A stretch of 32,000 bases of DNA from Candidatus Helarchaeota ASGARD archaeon Hel_GB_B (GTDB lineage Archaea; Asgardarchaeota; Lokiarchaeia; Helarchaeales; HEL-GB-B), in the NCBI GenBank assembly GCA_005191425.1, contig SUPR01000002.1, forward strand, positions 1 through 32,000, written 5' to 3'. Under the pieces are notes generated by a model that was given only the letters and a program-made list of their open reading frames with translations, had not been told where the DNA came from and searched no databases. Position 1 is the first letter of the stretch; each line of letters opens with the position of its first letter. Positions 27,735-32,000 of the stretch are shown in pieces. Both the position numbers and the translations under genes were made by a program.

Positions 27735-29168
27735 ATGAACGAACGAATTCTAGAAAAAAAAAGAAGGACTTATGGCGAGCATTTAACACCTATAAAAATA
27801 TTTAAACAATTTATTTTAGGCGAAATTAAAGATATATTATATGATTATAAATGGGTTGACCTATACGCAGGAGAGGGAAATTTAATATTGCCCATTTTGG
27901 ACATAATACCTAAAGAATCAAGAAATAAATTTTTTAAAAACCATATATTTCTATTTGATGTTCAAAAAGAATTAGTAGAAAAAGCAATAATAAATGCTAC
28001 TAATTATGGAATTTCAATAAATATTGCCCAAAAAAATATAATTGTCAAAGATACATTAAGTTCATTCCCCAAATTCATCCTTAACTCTACAATTCCTGTA
28101 TACCATATCACGAACCCACCATATTTGTACATTGGATATATTATGAAGCATAAAGAAACTAATAAATATCTCAAATTATTCGAAGGAAAAAATGAAGGAT
28201 ATCAAGATTTATATCAGATAGCGATGATTAATGACTTAAGAAATAATGTTAAAAAAATGATATATATAATTCCATCAAATTTTTTATTTGGAGCCTCCGG
28301 GACTAATAAAATTCGTGATAATTTCTTGAAATATTATAAAATTAATAAAGCATATATTCTTGAACAAGAAATATTTAAACATACTGGAGTAAATGTCGTT
28401 ATTTTATTTTTTGAAAAAAAGTTAAATCCAAAAGATGAAATCTTATCATTTCAAGGAATAAAAATTAATAATTCAAATAAAGAAAAAACTTACCAACTTG
28501 ACCCAAGATTTCATTACCGAGCTGGAAATTTATTTGAAGAATTTGTCATTAAAAATAAAGCTAAAAATCCATTGAAAATTTCTTATTATTTAACTAATGA
28601 AGAAGTTAAAAAAAATCCCGGTGATTATTCAATAGAAGTAATTGATTCTAACTCCTATAATGGAAATCAATATGCAAAAAAAGTAATTAATGTAAATAAA
28701 ACCTTATATAATAAGATTAAATCAAATATTTTGTTTGTTAGAACAGTAGATACCGGTTCTATGAACGGAAGAGCCGGTCTATATCTAGTAAGAGAATGGT
28801 TTGGTGTAGATGGTATTTTAGTTACAAAAGCAAAATATCGGACTCATCCTATCCAAATATTTCTTACTCCTCAAATCTCTTTACATGACCAAATTTTATT
28901 AAAAAAATATTTTAATTTATTACTTGAATATTTCAGGAAAAATACAGACAGTGAATTTATGACTACATATAAATATTCTGATAGCATATATACCCGAAAA
29001 TATTTAGGACTTTCTCAAGCAAGAAAATTAATCGAAACATTTCCGATAAATCTATCTCAATCTAAGAAAAAATTAATGAGTGACCTCATTAAAAATAATA
29101 AAAATGAAAATTTAAAAAGTTTTATTGAACATTTATTTAATACCAATGATTTAACTGCTTATTTTTAA
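27735..29168 (+). CDS. Amino (N6-adenine) DNA methyltransferase, gamma-class motif order
   Basis: Motif X YGEHLTP, motif I VDLYAGEGNL, motif IV ITNPPY, then DLY, IIPSNFL and IFKHTGV. Confidence 0.85.
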   Translation: MNERILEKKRRTYGEHLTPIKIFKQFILGEIKDILYDYKWVDLYAGEGNLILPILDIIPKESRNKFFKNHIFLFDVQKELVEKAIINATNYGISINIAQKNIIVKDTLSSFPKFILNSTIPVYHITNPPYLYIGYIMKHKETNKYLKLFEGKNEGYQDLYQIAMINDLRNNVKKMIYIIPSNFLFGASGTNKIRDNFLKYYKINKAYILEQEIFKHTGVNVVILFFEKKLNPKDEILSFQGIKINNSNKEKTYQLDPRFHYRAGNLFEEFVIKNKAKNPLKISYYLTNEEVKKNPGDYSIEVIDSNSYNGNQYAKKVINVNKTLYNKIKSNILFVRTVDTGSMNGRAGLYLVREWFGVDGILVTKAKYRTHPIQIFLTPQISLHDQILLKKYFNLLLEYFRKNTDSEFMTTYKYSDSIYTRKYLGLSQARKLIETFPINLSQSKKKLMSDLIKNNKNENLKSFIEHLFNTNDLTAYF

Positions 29169-29413
29169 AAAAGTGTAATATTTAATAATAGATACATTAA
29201 TTTTCCAGAAGAGTTTATAGATAATATAAAACAAGATGAAAATTAACGACTTATAGTTTATTTGTTTCTTCCATTAGAAGATGATTAAATGACTTCTAAT
29301 TTTTTTTGTATATAAAGTTAATTCAATCCTTCATAACTTAAAAAAATGTTTTTAATATTATAATCTTTAATTAATATCATTTTTCGCAATGACAAATAAA
29401 CAAGGAATTTAAA

Positions 29414-30097
29414 ATGAAGCAGATAAAATTACAATATAAAATTTCAATTATTTTGATTAGTACCGGATTAATTATATCAATTATTTTATTTAATACTTTT
29501 TGGTCGTTGCTTGGCTTAATGTTTATTGGGGGCGGATTAATTTTAGCGATAATTTATTATGAGCAGAAATGGATTAAGCGGAAATATTTAAAATGGGGGT
29601 TGACTGGGACATTAATTTTTTCGATAGTATATGGTATTTTGGAGTATACTCTTTTCGATTCTCCATGGAATAACTACTTTAAAATCTCAGATTGGTTTCC
29701 TGATATGTATTATTATTGGGCTTTTATGACCATACTAAATTTCTCAATAACAATAATAGCCTCACGAGGCTCAATTGCGATGTCTTTAAGTTCTATCCCA
29801 TTATTTGCAACAAATGAAGATTTATGGTATTGGTTATCGCAAAGTATCCATGAATTAAATTATGTATTTCCAGTAAGTAATTGGTTTGATAAAAGATTCC
29901 CATTTTTAAGAGGCTTAGGTGAGCCACTACCATTTTTCCCTTATTTCCCACGCTTCTATCTTGTAGGTTGGATATTAATTTCCATATTATTAATTATCCA
30001 ATTCAAGAATTTACAAGGTAAAAAATTTATAATTTCTATACTTTGCTTTATTACTGCTTGTTTTGGGTGTTTATTATTAATACCAGTTTTTTTTTAA
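29414..30097 (+). CDS. Hypothetical multi-pass membrane protein
   Basis: Several long hydrophobic stretches and an NEDLWYW loop. No family recognised. Confidence 0.7.
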   Translation: MKQIKLQYKISIILISTGLIISIILFNTFWSLLGLMFIGGGLILAIIYYEQKWIKRKYLKWGLTGTLIFSIVYGILEYTLFDSPWNNYFKISDWFPDMYYYWAFMTILNFSITIIASRGSIAMSLSSIPLFATNEDLWYWLSQSIHELNYVFPVSNWFDKRFPFLRGLGEPLPFFPYFPRFYLVGWILISILLIIQFKNLQGKKFIISILCFITACFGCLLLIPVFF

Positions 30098-30390
30098 AAA
30101 TTAAATTAAATTTCTTATCAAAATTAATTTTTCTAGATATAATTCTCAATAAATGTATTTTTTAAATAAAATACAATAAATATTGGTCTAATAAAAAATA
30201 TCCAAGTAATAAATCCAAAACATAATAAAACTAAATCCTAAAACATACTTTTTATGTTGAAAATCTTTATATCTTGGTCTCAAAAATTTATATATTTTTA
30301 TAACAAATAATAATCTCAATAATAAATAATAATCTTAATAACTCTATAATTTTATAGGAAATTTGATTTCCGCATTTAGAAGATGGTTTT

Positions 30391-31050
30391 ATGGTAGATG
30401 ATAAAGAGCAGAGAACAAAAACCGAAAATAAAAATCCATATGACATCTGTACATGGCGTGATAGTTCAAATTGCAAAGGTTGTAATTTAAATGAGAATTT
30501 GAATTGTAGATTTAATGGATTAAATAAGTCTAGTTTGATTTTTGGTCTGTCATTTTTTTTGTATTTAGTACCTGTTTTAATAGGGATGATATGGTCCAAT
30601 TTGGTTATATATATTATTTTCTGGGTAATATATACAATATTCTTTTTTCAATTCTGGGAAATCCGCGTTTTATGTAGACATTGCCCTTTTTGGTCTGAAG
30701 GTGGAAAAATACTTCATTGTTTTGCTAATTATGGTTTTTACAAAGTTTGGAAATATAATCCAGGTCCAATGACTAAATGGGAGAAGGCCCAATTTTTAGT
30801 TGGAATAGCTATATTAATGGGTTATTTTATTCCATTTCTGGTTGTATATAATCAACTTTTAATGTTAATAATAACGATAATTGGAATTATCTTTTTCTTT
30901 GTGAATGTTTTTATTAACCATTGTCCTAAATGTGTAAATTTTTCATGTCCATTCAACAGAGTTCCAAAGAAAATAGTAGATGGATATTTGAAATTAAATC
31001 CAGTTATAAAAGACGCTTGGGAAAAAAAAGGATATAAAATAGGGAATTAA
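30391..31050 (+). CDS. Cys-cluster membrane protein of unknown function
   Basis: Two TM hairpins flanked by three Cys clusters (CTWRDSSNCKGC..C; CRHCP..HC; HCPKCVNFSCP). Confidence 0.75.
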   Translation: MVDDKEQRTKTENKNPYDICTWRDSSNCKGCNLNENLNCRFNGLNKSSLIFGLSFFLYLVPVLIGMIWSNLVIYIIFWVIYTIFFFQFWEIRVLCRHCPFWSEGGKILHCFANYGFYKVWKYNPGPMTKWEKAQFLVGIAILMGYFIPFLVVYNQLLMLIITIIGIIFFFVNVFINHCPKCVNFSCPFNRVPKKIVDGYLKLNPVIKDAWEKKGYKIGN

Positions 31051-31151
31051 TAGGTTCTCTTAAGAACTTTTTAAAAATAATTCCAATATAATCCACCAAT
31101 TATTATTGAACGATATAGATAATCTAAATTACTAATTCAATGAATTGAAAA

Positions 31152-32000
31152 ATGGGCTCAATTAGTTCTAAATCCGAAATAAAGCAACGTGCAACCTCTT
31201 ATTTCGAAAAAAATTTAGATTTTAATCAAATTGATAAATTTCAAGTGAAGTCAATAAATGAACTATTAAAAGAAGAATATGAATTAATTCCTGACAAGGA
31301 ACGGATCGGAAAAGGAAGGGTATATCTAATTAAAATTATAGCTAAAACATTATACCAATTAATTAAAAGCAAATTTCCGAAAATGAATTCAGATGAAACT
31401 CAGGGGCATGAATTTTTAATAAATATTTTAAAACTTATTAAAAACTGTAATAATATTAATGATAAGAATATTTCGATATTTGCAATTCATTTAACTTCAA
31501 ATTTAGTTTTAGATTATTTTGACGATGCTATTTCTTTGGTCGAAAATTGGATAGATAACGAAGATTGGGAAATTAGAGAAAATAGTGTTTATCCAATATT
31601 ATCTGGATTGAAAACTAACCGAGAAAAGACAATAGAATTTTTAAGAAAATGGATAAAAAGTGAGAACCCAAATTTTCGAAGATTTGTTGCAGAATCATTA
31701 CGACCTAGAGCAGAAATAAAATGGTTGAGAGACCCGACCCAAAATGATGAAATTTTAAAAATATTAACCGAATTAAACCATGATAATTCAATCTATGTGA
31801 GAAAATCTGTAGGTAATAATTTAAAAGACCTTTCCAAATATATGCCCGAAAAAATTCTAACTCTGATAGAAGAATGGTTAAACGAAAAAGAAAAATTGAA
31901 CGAAAAAGAACAAAAAAATTTAATATGGACTATTTATCAAGCTTTAAGATGGCTTAAAGATAAAAATCCAAAATATCACAAATGGATCGAAAAATTAGTG
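31152..32000 (+). CDS. DNA alkylation repair protein (AlkC/AlkD-like HEAT fold), runs off the right edge
   Basis: Manual translation is open from ATG 31152 to the window end: EDWEIRE, ENPNFRRFVAESLRPR, DNSIYVRKSVGNNLKDLSK. Not in the ORF track. Confidence 0.85.
   Translation, partial: MGSISSKSEIKQRATSYFEKNLDFNQIDKFQVKSINELLKEEYELIPDKERIGKGRVYLIKIIAKTLYQLIKSKFPKMNSDETQGHEFLINILKLIKNCNNINDKNISIFAIHLTSNLVLDYFDDAISLVENWIDNEDWEIRENSVYPILSGLKTNREKTIEFLRKWIKSENPNFRRFVAESLRPRAEIKWLRDPTQNDEILKILTELNHDNSIYVRKSVGNNLKDLSKYMPEKILTLIEEWLNEKEKLNEKEQKNLIWTIYQALRWLKDKNPKYHKWIEKLV

Noticed and set aside
29166-29246. 26 open codons in frame after the MTase TAA (possible readthrough or premature stop)
   Set aside because: A run of this length can arise by chance and shows no recognisable motif.
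29275-29298. AGAAG-ATGATTA-A-ATGA-CTTCT resembling a C/D-box kink-turn
   Set aside because: The boxes are imperfect and only 1 nt apart, leaving no room for a guide or K-turn.
30149-30271. Minus-strand hydrophobic frame with in-frame TAG codons (possible pyrrolysine or decayed membrane gene)
   Set aside because: TAG serves as a normal stop in several genes here (rpoP, NUDIX, 5622). AT-rich DNA yields hydrophobic translations by chance.
774-30599. Short antisense or overlapping ORFs in the track (e.g. 774-1034, 2376-2585, 3335-3709, 3800-4270, 11113-11406, 13629-13934, 14242-14463, 17676-18035, 26857-27111, 30288-30599)
   Set aside because: They shadow well-supported genes on the other strand or frame and show no motifs.
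1-32000. CRISPR array, rRNA or prophage genes
   Set aside because: No regularly spaced repeats, rRNA-like GC-rich stretches or viral hallmark genes were seen.

Overview
Very AT-rich archaeal chromosomal segment. The gene set (proteasome alpha and beta, RpoP, aIF1, Tsr3, archaeal PyrH, class II RNR, FwdD/G/B, BHB-intron tRNA, V4R, URO-D-like and phytoene-desaturase-like genes) best fits an Asgard (Loki/Hel-like) archaeon; this lineage call is inference. Positions 1-23.3 kb are mostly housekeeping and metabolic genes. Positions 23.5-32 kb are accessory: a complete IS701/IS4-type element, a 5'-truncated gene, an orphan adenine methyltransferase, membrane proteins and an AlkC/AlkD-like repair gene. 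The ORF track missed a two-intron tRNA-Pro(GGG), rpoP, two genes cut by the window edges and the true 5' end of aIF1. The most interesting signals are: (1) aIF1/SUI1 has no in-frame AUG/GUG/UUG upstream of its conserved Zn-ribbon. It appears to start at an AUA codon that overlaps the stop of a 4-codon uORF (AUAG), a candidate start-fidelity autoregulatory circuit. (2) The tRNA-Pro has a D-loop intron, a canonical intron and C instead of the near-universal U33, a candidate for C-to-U editing. (3) An FwdB paralog keeps its metal-ligand Cys but has lost the His/Arg/His residues of the CO2/formate pocket. (4) A KaiC-like ATPase is fused to two V4R domains.
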